Below are positions 29,920 to 39,378 of a DNA stretch of 64,000 nucleotides, piece by piece. This DNA is from an uncultured bacterium (lineage in GTDB: Bacteria; Actinomycetota; Coriobacteriia; Coriobacteriales; Coriobacteriaceae), in the NCBI GenBank assembly GCA_905215205.1, contig CAJMPK010000001.1:16407-80406 (forward strand), read 5' to 3'. The notes beneath the pieces were generated by a model. That model was not told the DNA's origin, searched no databases, and saw only the letters and a program-made list of their open reading frames with translations. How positions within the stretch are numbered: position 1 is the stretch's first letter; each line of letters opens with the position of its first letter. A program made the translations under genes and the position numbers.

Positions 29920-31683
29920 CTAGGCGCGAGTCTTGATCTCCTCGAGCACCTTGGCCACAAACTCGTCAACGCTCATCTGAACGGTCTCGTTGGAACGATC
30001 GCGGACGGAGATGTTGCCGGCCTCGACCTCCTTCTCGCCCAGAATGAGCATGTAGGGCACGCGGTCGATGGAACGGGCCTCGCGGATCTTGTAGCCGATC
30101 TTCTCATCGCGGTCGTCGCAGACCACGCGAATGCCGGCCTCCTCCAGCTTGGCGCACACCTCGTGGGCGTAGTCGCGGCTCTTCTCGGAGACGGGAAGTG
30201 CCTTGACCTGCACGGGGGCCAGCCAGGTGGGGAACTTGCCCGCAAAGTGCTCAATCAAAATACCGATGAAGCGCTCGATGGAGCCAAAGCACACGCGATG
30301 CAGCATGATGGGGCGCTTCTTGGTGCCGTCGGCGTCCACGTACTCCAGATCAAAGTTGAGCGGCATCTGGAAGTCGAGCTGGACGGTGCCGCACTGCCAG
30401 GTACGGCCGAGCGAGTCCTCCAGGTGGAAGTCGATCTTGGGGCCGTAGAAGGCGCCGTCGCCCTCGTTGACCTCGTAGTCCATGTGCAGCTGCTCCAGAG
30501 CGGTGCGCAGGCCCTCCTCGGCGCGAGCCCAGTCCTCGTCCGAACCCATGGAGTCCTCGGGGCGGGTGGAAAGCTCAACGTGGTACTTGAAGCCAAACTT
30601 CTGGTATACGGAGTCGATGAGGTTGACCACGCCCACGATCTCGTCGGTCAACTGGTCGGGACGCACAAACAGGTGGGCGTCGTCCTGGTTAAAGCAGCGC
30701 ACGCGGAACAGGCCGTGCAGGGCGCCGCGAAGCTCGTGGCGGTGGACCAGGCCAATCTCGCCGGCGCGGATGGGCAACTCACGATAGGAGTGCGGCTTGG
30801 AGGCGTACACCAGCACACCACCCGGGCAGTTCATGGGCTTAATGCAGTACTCTTCGTCGTCGATAACGGTGGAGTACATGTTGTCCTTGTAGTGGTCCCA
30901 GTGGCCCGAAGTCTTCCACAGCTGCTTGTTCATGATGAGCGGCGTGGAGATCTCCACGTAGCCGGCCTTGTGGTGGATCTCGCGCCAGTAGTCAAGCAGC
31001 GTGTTCTTAAGGATCATGCCGTTGGGCAGGAAGAACGGGAAGCCGGGTGCCTCGTCGCGCATCATAAAAAGATCCATCTCGCGGCCGATCTTGCGGTGGT
31101 CGCGCTTCTTGGCCTCCTCCAGCATGTGCATGTGCTCGTCGAGCTCTTCCTTGGTGGCAAAGGCGACGCCGTTGATGCGGGTGAGCATCTTGTTGTCCTT
31201 GTCGCCCTTCCAGTAGGCGCCCGAGACGCCGGTGAGCTTAAAGGCCTTGAGGGCCTTGGTGTAGCAGATGTGGGGGCCGACGCACATATCGATGTAGTCG
31301 CCCTGCTGGTAGAAGGTGATGCGGGCGTCGTCGTCCAGGTCGCCGATGTGCTCGACCTTGTACTTCTCGCCGCGCTCCTCCATAAGGGCGATGGCCTCGG
31401 CGCGGGGCTTCTCGTACACGGAGAACTTGAGGTTCTCCTTGACGATCTTCTTCATCTCGGCCTCGATCGCGGGGAAGTCGTCCTCGCTGATCTTGACGCC
31501 CTCGGGTAGGTCGACGTCGTAGTAAAAACCGTTGTCGGTCGCGGGGCCGTAGGCAAAGTCGGCCTCGGGATAGAGACGCTTGATGGCCTGCGCCATGATG
31601 TGCGCGGCGGAGTGGCGGATGACGTGCGTGACCTCGTCCTGCGGGAGCTCGGCCACCGAACCGTCATTGTAGAGTGCCTTCAT
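29920..31683 (-). CDS. thrS: Threonine--tRNA ligase
   Basis: RHSAAH, RDHRKIG, KPMNCPG, GAFYGPKID and GSIERF motifs. Confidence 0.98.
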   Translation of the reverse strand: MKALYNDGSVAELPQDEVTHVIRHSAAHIMAQAIKRLYPEADFAYGPATDNGFYYDVDLPEGVKISEDDFPAIEAEMKKIVKENLKFSVYEKPRAEAIALMEERGEKYKVEHIGDLDDDARITFYQQGDYIDMCVGPHICYTKALKAFKLTGVSGAYWKGDKDNKMLTRINGVAFATKEELDEHMHMLEEAKKRDHRKIGREMDLFMMRDEAPGFPFFLPNGMILKNTLLDYWREIHHKAGYVEISTPLIMNKQLWKTSGHWDHYKDNMYSTVIDDEEYCIKPMNCPGGVLVYASKPHSYRELPIRAGEIGLVHRHELRGALHGLFRVRCFNQDDAHLFVRPDQLTDEIVGVVNLIDSVYQKFGFKYHVELSTRPEDSMGSDEDWARAEEGLRTALEQLHMDYEVNEGDGAFYGPKIDFHLEDSLGRTWQCGTVQLDFQMPLNFDLEYVDADGTKKRPIMLHRVCFGSIERFIGILIEHFAGKFPTWLAPVQVKALPVSEKSRDYAHEVCAKLEEAGIRVVCDDRDEKIGYKIREARSIDRVPYMLILGEKEVEAGNISVRDRSNETVQMSVDEFVAKVLEEIKTRA

Positions 31684-31899
31684 GGGTATGTTTTCTCCTC
31701 TCGGATGCCTGATGCAAGTGCGTGCGATGCGCTCGGCGTTTTTGACTTGCATCATTATAGGCAGGTTGCCTTGGTATACAAGCGCCCGCCGCACCTTAAT
31801 GGCACGGCGGGCGATTTTCTACGCATGCTTCATCGTGTGGGGGCGGGGCTGCGGGGCGCGGGGCGCCCGTGGCCTGCGGCCGGCCCGGCGATGGATGCG

Positions 31900-32331
31900 T
31901 TACTGGATGCGAGTTCGGCAGTAGGGGCAGACCTTCCAGTGCGCGTCGAGCGGACGATGGCAGCTGGGGCACACGTTGCGAACCTGGGTGTCGCACACCG
32001 GGCAGACGACAAAGTCCTTCTCGATGGGGGCGCCGCACTGCGGGCAGGTGCCGTACTGGGCAAGCTGGCGCTCGCGCAGGGCCATGTCCAGCTCCTGTTC
32101 CTCGCGGTCGGCCGCGTAGGAGTGCGGGCGCAGGACCAGGTAGGCGATGAGGCCCACAAACGGGATGAGGGCGATGATGCCCCATGCCACGTAGGCGCTG
32201 GCGCCGCGGCGGCGAGCGTCGATGAACACATAGACGACCGACAGCACGTACAGGGCGATGATAAAGCCAACGAAGGCATAGATGACGCCCATAAGCTGCG
32301 GCGACATGAGCTCGGAGATGTACTTGGACAT
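31900..32331 (-). CDS. Membrane protein with C-terminal double zinc ribbon
   Basis: Two TM helices then CPQC, CPVC, CPSC, CPYC. Confidence 0.85.
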   Translation of the reverse strand: MSKYISELMSPQLMGVIYAFVGFIIALYVLSVVYVFIDARRRGASAYVAWGIIALIPFVGLIAYLVLRPHSYAADREEQELDMALRERQLAQYGTCPQCGAPIEKDFVVCPVCDTQVRNVCPSCHRPLDAHWKVCPYCRTRIQ

Positions 32332-32433
32332 TGAGGTGTACCTTTCGGAATATTTACAGTCCGGTCAAGTTTACCACGGGGGTCGTTCGAGCGGGACCCT
32401 GGTGGGGCCCGGCGGCCACCACAGACACAAACA

Positions 32434-32971
32434 TCTCAATCTGTAACAGTTACTCGTCAAATACGGGTCTAGGTGTTACAGATCGAGACACAGGGGTCCC
32501 TCCCCGACTTAAATCTCGATCTGTAACACCTAGACTCCAAAATCAGTTCTTACTGTTACAGATCAAGATGAACGGTGCGTCCTTCGTTAAATGTCTCAAT
32601 CTGTAACAACTAGAGACCAGAAACCCTTCTATCTGTTACAGATCAAGACAAAGGAAAACGTCCAATCTCAATATCTCAATCTGCAACAACAACTCGGCAA
32701 AAACAGGTCTAACTGTTACAGATTGAGACATTCGAAACCGACTGATAGGTTCATCTAAATCTGTAACATCTGGACCCCAAAACGGTCCCTAGATGTTATA
32801 GATCGAGACAGAAGAATCTCTCCCTGACTTTAAATCTCAATCTGTAACACATAGGACCGATTATTCCCTCTTACTGTTACAGATCAAGACGAACGGAGGG
32901 TCCGTCTGACAAACGTCTCGATCTGTAACATCTGGGGACCCAATTCTTCTGCTTACCGTTACAGAACGAGA
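32434..32971. repeat. Array of 14 alternating inverted 15-bp repeats with 25-26 bp spacers
   Basis: TCTCRATCTGTAACA at 32434, 32514, 32594, 32674, 32754, 32835, 32916 and its reverse complement at 32474, 32554, 32634, 32714, 32794, 32875, 32957. Confidence 0.95.
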
Positions 32972-33110
32972 CAAACCTATGACACCAGGGGCGGCAGACG
33001 AGGTCACCGATGGTCCTGAGTCTCCCCTCGCCTGCCGTTGGCGGATACAGCGGGGCTGTTCGCCGCATTGCCGCTGCACTGGGGGGTGTGCAGACCGTAG
33101 GATAGTCCTA

Positions 33111-33125
33111 TTGACAGCCTGTCAA
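33111..33125. promoter_or_regulatory. Operator-like palindrome upstream of the GlpA-like operon
   Basis: TTGACAG-C-CTGTCAA between a -10-like TAGGAT and the GGAGG RBS. Confidence 0.5.
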
Positions 33126-33142
33126 CTTGTCTGGGAGGCACT

Positions 33143-34600
33143 GTGACGGAAACGTTTGATATCGCGATTGTGGGCGCGGGCATCACAGGATGCGCCATTG
33201 CACGGCAGCTCGCGCGCTACGACCTGACCATTTGCGTGGTCGAGGCGGGCAACGACGTCGCCCTGGGCGCGTCGAAGGCCAACGGCGGCCTGGTGCACGC
33301 CGGTTACGATCCGGCACCGGGCACGGTAAAGGCGCAGGTCAACGCCCGCGGTTGCGAGTTATATAGCACGTGGGCCCAGGAGCTGGGATTTTTGTTCCGC
33401 CGCACCGGGTCGATGGTGCTGGGTTTCAACGACGAAGACCGCGCGCACCTGGAGAAGCTGCACCAGAATGGCCTGGCCAACGGCGTGCCCGAACTGTCGA
33501 TTATCGGCCCCGAGCGCATCCACGAGCTGGAGCCGCGCGCGAGTGCCAAGGCGACGTGCGCGCTGTGGTGCCCCTCGACCGGCTTTGTCGATCCGTTTGA
33601 GGTCGCCATTGCCGCGCTAGAGAACGCCGTTGCCAACGGCGTGACATTTATGCGGTCCGCGCCAGTGGAGGCAATTGAGGTTGACGGCTCGGATGACGGA
33701 GCCGCACGCTTTACGCTGGCAACGCCCGCCGGCGATGTGCGTTGCCATTACCTGATCAACGCCGCGGGCAACGGAGCCGCGGACATCTCGCATATGGCCG
33801 GCGCCGAGGAGTTTCAGATGGTCTGGCGCCAGGGCAACATTGTGGTGCTGGACAAAGAGCCGCGTGCGCTCATGCCGCTCTATCCCGTTCCCACGCCGAT
33901 CTCCAAGGGCGTTATCGTCACGGGCACGGTCCACGGCAATACCGTGATCACCGCGACCGCCGCCGTGCGCGAGCCCGGCGACACACAGACCTATGCGAGC
34001 GATGTGAACACGCTGCTGACGGGAGCGCGCAAGCTGGTGCCCGATCTGGACACGCGTCGCGTGGTGCGCGCGTTTGCCGGCGGACGCCCGGTCATTAAGG
34101 GAACGAACGACTTCTTTATTGGGCAGTCGGCCGTGGTGCCGGGGCTGTTCCAGGCCGCGGGCATTCAGTCCCCAGGCGTGGCGAGCGCGCCGGCCATTGC
34201 CGAGCGCATGGAGCTGGTACTACGCGATGCCGGCGTGGCCCTGCGCGAACGGGACGATTGGAACCCGATACGCCGCACGCCGGACGACTTCGACCGCGCG
34301 CCGCTTACGCGCAAAGAAGAGCTCATCGATTCCGACCCCGCGTGGGGGCAGATCGTCTGCCGCTGCGAGACGGTGCCCGAGGCCGAGATTGTTGCCGCGA
34401 TCCGACGCCGCCCGGGCGCGGTTTCGGTCGAGGGCGTCAAGCGCCGCTGCCGTGCCGGCATGGGTCGGTGCCAGAGCGGATTTTGTCAGAGCCGCGTGGT
34501 GGCAATCCTGGCACGCGAGTTGGGCTGCGAGCCCAGCGAGGTGCTGTTGGAGGATACCGGATCCTGGCTGGTTGAGGGACCGCTGAAGGGGGTGCGCTAG
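33143..34600 (+). CDS. FAD-dependent oxidoreductase with BFD-like [2Fe-2S] tail (GlpA/LhgO-like)
   Basis: GAGITG, ASKANGGLVHAG, IVCRCE and RAGMGRCQSGFC motifs. Confidence 0.88.
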   Translation: MTETFDIAIVGAGITGCAIARQLARYDLTICVVEAGNDVALGASKANGGLVHAGYDPAPGTVKAQVNARGCELYSTWAQELGFLFRRTGSMVLGFNDEDRAHLEKLHQNGLANGVPELSIIGPERIHELEPRASAKATCALWCPSTGFVDPFEVAIAALENAVANGVTFMRSAPVEAIEVDGSDDGAARFTLATPAGDVRCHYLINAAGNGAADISHMAGAEEFQMVWRQGNIVVLDKEPRALMPLYPVPTPISKGVIVTGTVHGNTVITATAAVREPGDTQTYASDVNTLLTGARKLVPDLDTRRVVRAFAGGRPVIKGTNDFFIGQSAVVPGLFQAAGIQSPGVASAPAIAERMELVLRDAGVALRERDDWNPIRRTPDDFDRAPLTRKEELIDSDPAWGQIVCRCETVPEAEIVAAIRRRPGAVSVEGVKRRCRAGMGRCQSGFCQSRVVAILARELGCEPSEVLLEDTGSWLVEGPLKGVR

Positions 34601-34601
34601 G

Positions 34602-36002
34602 ATGGCGATGCTTGATATGCGCGAGGGACGCGCGGAAGCCGGAGCTACGGAAACGGTGCAGGCGCAGGCGTTCGACGTGGTCGTTATCGGCGGCGGACCT
34701 GCCGGCATGGCGGCCGCGCTTGCCGCGCACAAGGCCGGTGCGCGCGTGGCCATCGTGGAGCGAGAGCAGCATCTGGGCGGAATCCTCCGCCAGTGCATCC
34801 ACCCCGGTTTTGGCCTTTCGCACTTTAAGCAGGAGCTCACCGGTCCCGAGTACGCGCAGCGCTTTATCGACCAGGTGCGCACGACCGATATTGCACTGTT
34901 CTTGGGCAGCATGGTGCTTGGGATTGATTCGGGCGAGGGCGCGTGTGTGGGCGACCCGGGCACGGACGAGGGGGCGGGAGATGCCGCGATTCATACCGTC
35001 ACGCTCATGAGCCGTACCGGCATGATGCAGCTCACCGGACGCGCGGTCGTCCTTGCCATGGGGTGCCGCGAGCGTACACACAGCGAGATCAAGATCCCCG
35101 GCAGCCGCCCCGCCGGCGTGTTTACGGCAGGCTTGGCGCAGCGATACATCAATATCGAAAACCTCAAGCCCGGCTCGCGCGCCGTCATTTTGGGCTCGGG
35201 CGACATCGGGCTTATCATGGCGCGTCGCTGCACACTCGAGGGGATTTCTGTCGAGGGCGTGTACGAGCTCATGCCGTACGCCAACGGTCTGCGCCGCAAC
35301 GTCAAGAACTGCCTGGACGACTTTGGCATTCCGCTGCACCTGTCCACAACCGTGACGCGCGTGATCGGGCACGATCGCGTGGAGGCGGTCGAAGTGAGCA
35401 AGGTCGACGAGCACCTAGCGCCCATTCCGGGGACCGAGCGCGTTGTTCCGTGCGACACGTTGCTGCTTTCGGTGGGTCTGATTCCCGAGAACGAGCTTTC
35501 GGTTGCCGCGGGCGTTGAGCTTGACCCGCGCACGCGCGGCGCCGTGGTGGACCAGAGCCTGCAAACGAGCGTGCCGGGCATCTTTGCCTGCGGCAACGTG
35601 CTGCACGTGCACGACCTGGCCGACAACGTGACGACCGAGTCCGAGCGCACCGGTGCGGCTGCGGCGACGTGCGCGCTGGGTGGCAGCGCGAATGTCGAGC
35701 ACGGTACTGCGGACCCGGGCTGCCAGCTCACGGTCTCCCCCGCCGGCATTGCAGGCTACGCGCTGCCGGGACGCATTACGGCTGTGGCACTCACCAAACT
35801 CAACTTCCGTGTGCGCCGACCGGTCGATTCCGCCCGCGTGCGCATTCTGGCAGACGACGAGGAACTGTTCGCTGGCAAGGTCCGCCCATTTAAACCGAGC
35901 GTGATGGAAAGCTTCCCGCTACCGGCGAAAGTCATCCAGCGCGCACTCGACCTGGGTGTTAGCGAGATTGTCCTGTCCGTCGACCCCGTTGAGGAGGCGT
36001 AA
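34602..36002 (+). CDS. FAD/NAD(P)-dependent pyridine nucleotide oxidoreductase
   Basis: GGGPAG, GGILRQCIHPGFG, LGSGDIGLIMARR, CGNVLHVHDL. Confidence 0.88.
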   Translation: MAMLDMREGRAEAGATETVQAQAFDVVVIGGGPAGMAAALAAHKAGARVAIVEREQHLGGILRQCIHPGFGLSHFKQELTGPEYAQRFIDQVRTTDIALFLGSMVLGIDSGEGACVGDPGTDEGAGDAAIHTVTLMSRTGMMQLTGRAVVLAMGCRERTHSEIKIPGSRPAGVFTAGLAQRYINIENLKPGSRAVILGSGDIGLIMARRCTLEGISVEGVYELMPYANGLRRNVKNCLDDFGIPLHLSTTVTRVIGHDRVEAVEVSKVDEHLAPIPGTERVVPCDTLLLSVGLIPENELSVAAGVELDPRTRGAVVDQSLQTSVPGIFACGNVLHVHDLADNVTTESERTGAAAATCALGGSANVEHGTADPGCQLTVSPAGIAGYALPGRITAVALTKLNFRVRRPVDSARVRILADDEELFAGKVRPFKPSVMESFPLPAKVIQRALDLGVSEIVLSVDPVEEA

Positions 36003-36006
36003 GGCC

Positions 36007-36405
36007 ATGAGCACGTATGTGACCGAGACATTGCAGTTCAACTGCACCACCTGCCCATCCCAATGCTTCCTGACCGTAGAGGTAGAACGTGACGCAGACG
36101 GCGCCGCGGTAGAGGTGCGCTCCGTGGTCGGCAACAGCTGCCCGCGCGGCGATACGTTCGCGCATCAGGAGCTCACCTGTCCTATGCGCGTGCTCACCAC
36201 CACCGTTGCCGTATCCGGCGGCGACGAGGCGCTGCTGCCCGCGCGCACGGCCGAAGCCATCCCCCTGGCACTCCACGCCCAAGCTATGGACCTCATCAGC
36301 GGCCTGGTCGTCGAAGCCCCCATCCGCATGGGCGACGTCGTGCTGGAAGACCTCCTCGACACCGGCATCAACCTTATCGCCAGCATGGACATCGACCCAG
36401 CCTAA
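36007..36405 (+). CDS. DUF1667-like Fe-S/metal-binding protein
   Basis: CTTCPSQC, GNSCPRG, PMRVLTTTV; usual third gene of this operon type. Confidence 0.8.
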   Translation: MSTYVTETLQFNCTTCPSQCFLTVEVERDADGAAVEVRSVVGNSCPRGDTFAHQELTCPMRVLTTTVAVSGGDEALLPARTAEAIPLALHAQAMDLISGLVVEAPIRMGDVVLEDLLDTGINLIASMDIDPA

Positions 36406-36441
36406 GCAGCTCATTTAGAACGGAGCTTCATCAGCGTTTGC

Positions 36442-36508
36442 AGTTGCGGTGGAATAGTTCCTGTTTTAGGCCATTACCCCGGCAAACAGGAACTATTTCA
36501 CCGCAACT
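36442..36508. repeat. 67-bp palindromic element, copy 1
   Basis: AGTTGCGGTGGAATAGTTCC-N27-GGAACTATTTCACCGCAACT. Confidence 0.9.
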
Positions 36509-36560
36509 TATGTGGGGGCGCTTGGGATACCATGGTGGCACCCTAGCGAAAGGATGTTTC

Positions 36561-37649
36561 ATGGCACATGTCGATGACCAGCGCGTGGCGCGCGTGCTCG
36601 ATGCCCTCGAGGCTCAGCACCCCGGCGCACAGCTGCTCGTAAACGATCCGTGGTCGATTTACTACCTGACCGGCTTTTATGCCGATATGTTCGAGCGTTT
36701 TTGCGGCGTGCTGCTCGCGCGCGGCAGCAAGCCCGTGATCTTGGTCAACACGCTGCATCAGCTGCCCGAGTACGACAATGCCCGCGTCACCTATCACACC
36801 GACACCGATGTCGTGGCCGACGCCATCGTTCGCGAGGTCGATCCGACCAAACCGCTCGGCATCGACACCGTTATGCGCTCCGGCTTTATAATGCCCCTTA
36901 TGGATCGTCACGCCGCCAGCGAGTTCTTCCTGGGCGACTTTGCCGTCACCGTCGCACGCGCCCACAAGGACGAAGCCGAGCAGGAGCTGATGCGCGTGTC
37001 CTCGGCCGCCAACGACGCCGTGATGGCCGACGCTATCAAGCTCGTTCACGAGGGCGTGACGGAACGCGAAATTGCCGACCAGATGCTCGGCCTGTATCGC
37101 AAGCACGGCAGCGAGGGCTTTAGCTTTCCGCCCATCGTGAGCTTTGGCGCCAACGCCGGCGACCCACACCACGAGCCCGACGATACGGTTCTCAAGCGCG
37201 GTGACGTGGTGCTGTTCGACATTGGTGGGCGCCACCGCAACTACTGCTCGGACATGACGCGCACGTTCTTTTGGGGCGAGCCGGACGAGGAGACGACGCG
37301 CATCTACGACATCGTGCGCCGCGCCAACGAGGCCGCCGAGGCGCTCATCGCCCCGGGCGTGCGCATGTGCGACCTGGACCGTGCCGCGCGCAACGTGATT
37401 GAGGGCGCGGGCTATGGGCAGTACTTTACGCATCGTCTGGGCCACTCGATCGGCTTGCAGGACCACGAGCCGGGCGACGTTTCACTCGTCAACGAGCAGG
37501 TCGTAGAACCGGGCATGACGTTCTCCATCGAGCCGGGCATCTACCTCCCCGGCCGCACCGGCGTCCGCATCGAGGACCTTGCCCTGGTGACCGAGTCCGG
37601 CGTCGAGATCCTCAACGCCTACCCCCACGATCCGACCCGCCTAGACTAG
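36561..37649 (+). CDS. Xaa-Pro peptidase (M24 family)
   Basis: PHHEP, YCSDMTRT, HRLGHSIGLQDHE, EPGIY and GVRIED motifs. Confidence 0.92.
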   Translation: MAHVDDQRVARVLDALEAQHPGAQLLVNDPWSIYYLTGFYADMFERFCGVLLARGSKPVILVNTLHQLPEYDNARVTYHTDTDVVADAIVREVDPTKPLGIDTVMRSGFIMPLMDRHAASEFFLGDFAVTVARAHKDEAEQELMRVSSAANDAVMADAIKLVHEGVTEREIADQMLGLYRKHGSEGFSFPPIVSFGANAGDPHHEPDDTVLKRGDVVLFDIGGRHRNYCSDMTRTFFWGEPDEETTRIYDIVRRANEAAEALIAPGVRMCDLDRAARNVIEGAGYGQYFTHRLGHSIGLQDHEPGDVSLVNEQVVEPGMTFSIEPGIYLPGRTGVRIEDLALVTESGVEILNAYPHDPTRLD

Positions 37650-37673
37650 CCCCTTCCCAATGGCCCCTCAATA

Positions 37674-37740
37674 AGTTGCGGTGGAATAGTTCCCAGATTA
37701 ACCCACAGAGGCATAATCCAGGAACTATTTCACCGCAACT
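37674..37740. repeat. 67-bp palindromic element, copy 2
   Basis: Same 20-bp arms as copy 1 with a different 27-bp spacer. Confidence 0.9.
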
Positions 37741-37756
37741 GATGAGGGGGTATGGG

Positions 37757-39100
37757 TTAACGGAGCAGGCCGGCTACTTCGCCGGCTAGGGTGATGGTGC
37801 CGGCGGCAACGAAGGGCTCGCCGGCGGCATCGAGGGCTGCGAGGGCCTCGGATACGCTGGGGTACACACCCGCGAGCTTATCGGCGTCCACCAGGGCAGC
37901 GAGCTCCTCCGCTGGCAGGGCGCGATCGGAATCGGTCTGCGTCACGACCACACGGGGGAAGGCCGGAACAAGCACGTCGACGATACCCGCCACGTCCTTA
38001 TCAGCCAATGCGGCGCACAGCAGCGTGGGGCGATTCTCTACGCACGGATCGATCTCGTCCAGTGCACTCACAAAGTTCTCGCAGCTCTGTGGGTTATGGC
38101 AGGCGTCGATCAGTTTGAGCGGATCGGTTCCCAGCACATCAAAGCGACCCGGCGTGGGGCAGCCCATAAGAGAAGCGTCGAGCGCCTCATGGTCGAGCTC
38201 GCGACCCAGATAGCCCTCGCACAGCATAATCGCGCACGCGGCATTCTGCGGCTGATAGGCCGGCTTGACCATGCTCGACGTATAGATCGCGCGCGGCGTG
38301 GTGCAGCTAAACTCAACCGTGTCGCCCACGTGTGCCGGAAGTTTGGTCGTCGTATGGCTCACCACGAACGGCACTACGCCGCACTCACGGCAACGGGCAT
38401 CCATCACACACTGAACACTCGCCTCATGCGTGCCCTCGCCCAAAACAACCAAACGCCCAGGCTTAATAACCGCAGCCTTCTCCCCCGCAATAGCCTCAAG
38501 CGTGTCGCCAAGGACCTTCGTATGGTCGAGTCCAATGCCCGTAATGGCGACGGCCACGGGATCGGTCGCACTCGTAGCATCCCATCGTCCGCCCATGCCA
38601 ACCTCAAGCACGGCCACGTCCACCGCGGCCTCGGCAAACATAGTCAAACCGGCCACGGACAAAAGATCGAAGGGCGTAATAGAACGGAGCTCCTCGCCCG
38701 CCGCCTCACGACGTGCGTTGAGACGACGACCCGCCTCATACGCCGCAGAGACACCATGGGCAAAGACCTCGTCTGAGACGACCTTCCCGTCAATCTCCAT
38801 ACGCTCGGGATAACGCACCAGATGAGGAGAAGTAAAGAGTGCCGTCTTAAGGCCCTCGCCACGAAGAATGGCAGCCGAGAATCGCGTCGTCGAGGTCTTT
38901 CCATTGGTACCGGCTATCTGGACGCAATCATAGAACTCGTCAGGACGACCAAGCTCATCGAGCATCTCGACGACGGTCTCGAGCAGCGGCGTGGAATAAC
39001 GCGCAATCTTGCCCGTATCGGCCGCAAGTGCAACAGCCTCGTCAAAAGCAAGCTCCGGAACCTCAAACGGAACCGCATACAACCCAGAACGCTTTGCCAT
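37757..39100 (-). CDS. folC: Folylpolyglutamate synthase / dihydrofolate synthase
   Basis: IAGTNGKTST, FTSPHL, EVGMGGRWDAT, DACHNP; follows valS. Confidence 0.93.
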   Translation of the reverse strand: MAKRSGLYAVPFEVPELAFDEAVALAADTGKIARYSTPLLETVVEMLDELGRPDEFYDCVQIAGTNGKTSTTRFSAAILRGEGLKTALFTSPHLVRYPERMEIDGKVVSDEVFAHGVSAAYEAGRRLNARREAAGEELRSITPFDLLSVAGLTMFAEAAVDVAVLEVGMGGRWDATSATDPVAVAITGIGLDHTKVLGDTLEAIAGEKAAVIKPGRLVVLGEGTHEASVQCVMDARCRECGVVPFVVSHTTTKLPAHVGDTVEFSCTTPRAIYTSSMVKPAYQPQNAACAIMLCEGYLGRELDHEALDASLMGCPTPGRFDVLGTDPLKLIDACHNPQSCENFVSALDEIDPCVENRPTLLCAALADKDVAGIVDVLVPAFPRVVVTQTDSDRALPAEELAALVDADKLAGVYPSVSEALAALDAAGEPFVAAGTITLAGEVAGLLR

Positions 39101-39265
39101 AGCCAAAGTCCCCTCAACATAAAAAGAGGCCCGTAATAAACAACGAGCCCCTCCCATTCAAAATATCAGCCAAACACCGCTTTGCAGCAGAATCAAGGCC
39201 ACAACCCAGTGGCCCTAACACGCCAGATGCAAACAACCACGTAAACGAACTAGGAGCGGCCCGAT

Positions 39266-39353
39266 GCTTTGCTCGATACAAGTTCCGCACGAGCCGAAGG
39301 CCACTTAATGTGGCCTTCGTGCGAGCAGGACTGTCCGCAGTAGCGAGCAAAGC
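39266..39353. repeat. Structured multi-stem repeat with CCACTTAATGTGG core, copy A
   Basis: Core 39281-39331 enclosed by the GCTTTGCTCG/CGAGCAAAGC stem. Confidence 0.75.
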
Positions 39354-39378
39354 CCCAAACCGCGCCCCTCAGTACCGC

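Noticed and set aside
32434..32971. CRISPR array
   Set aside because: Repeats are only 15 bp and alternate in orientation, spacers resemble each other, and no cas genes are in the window.
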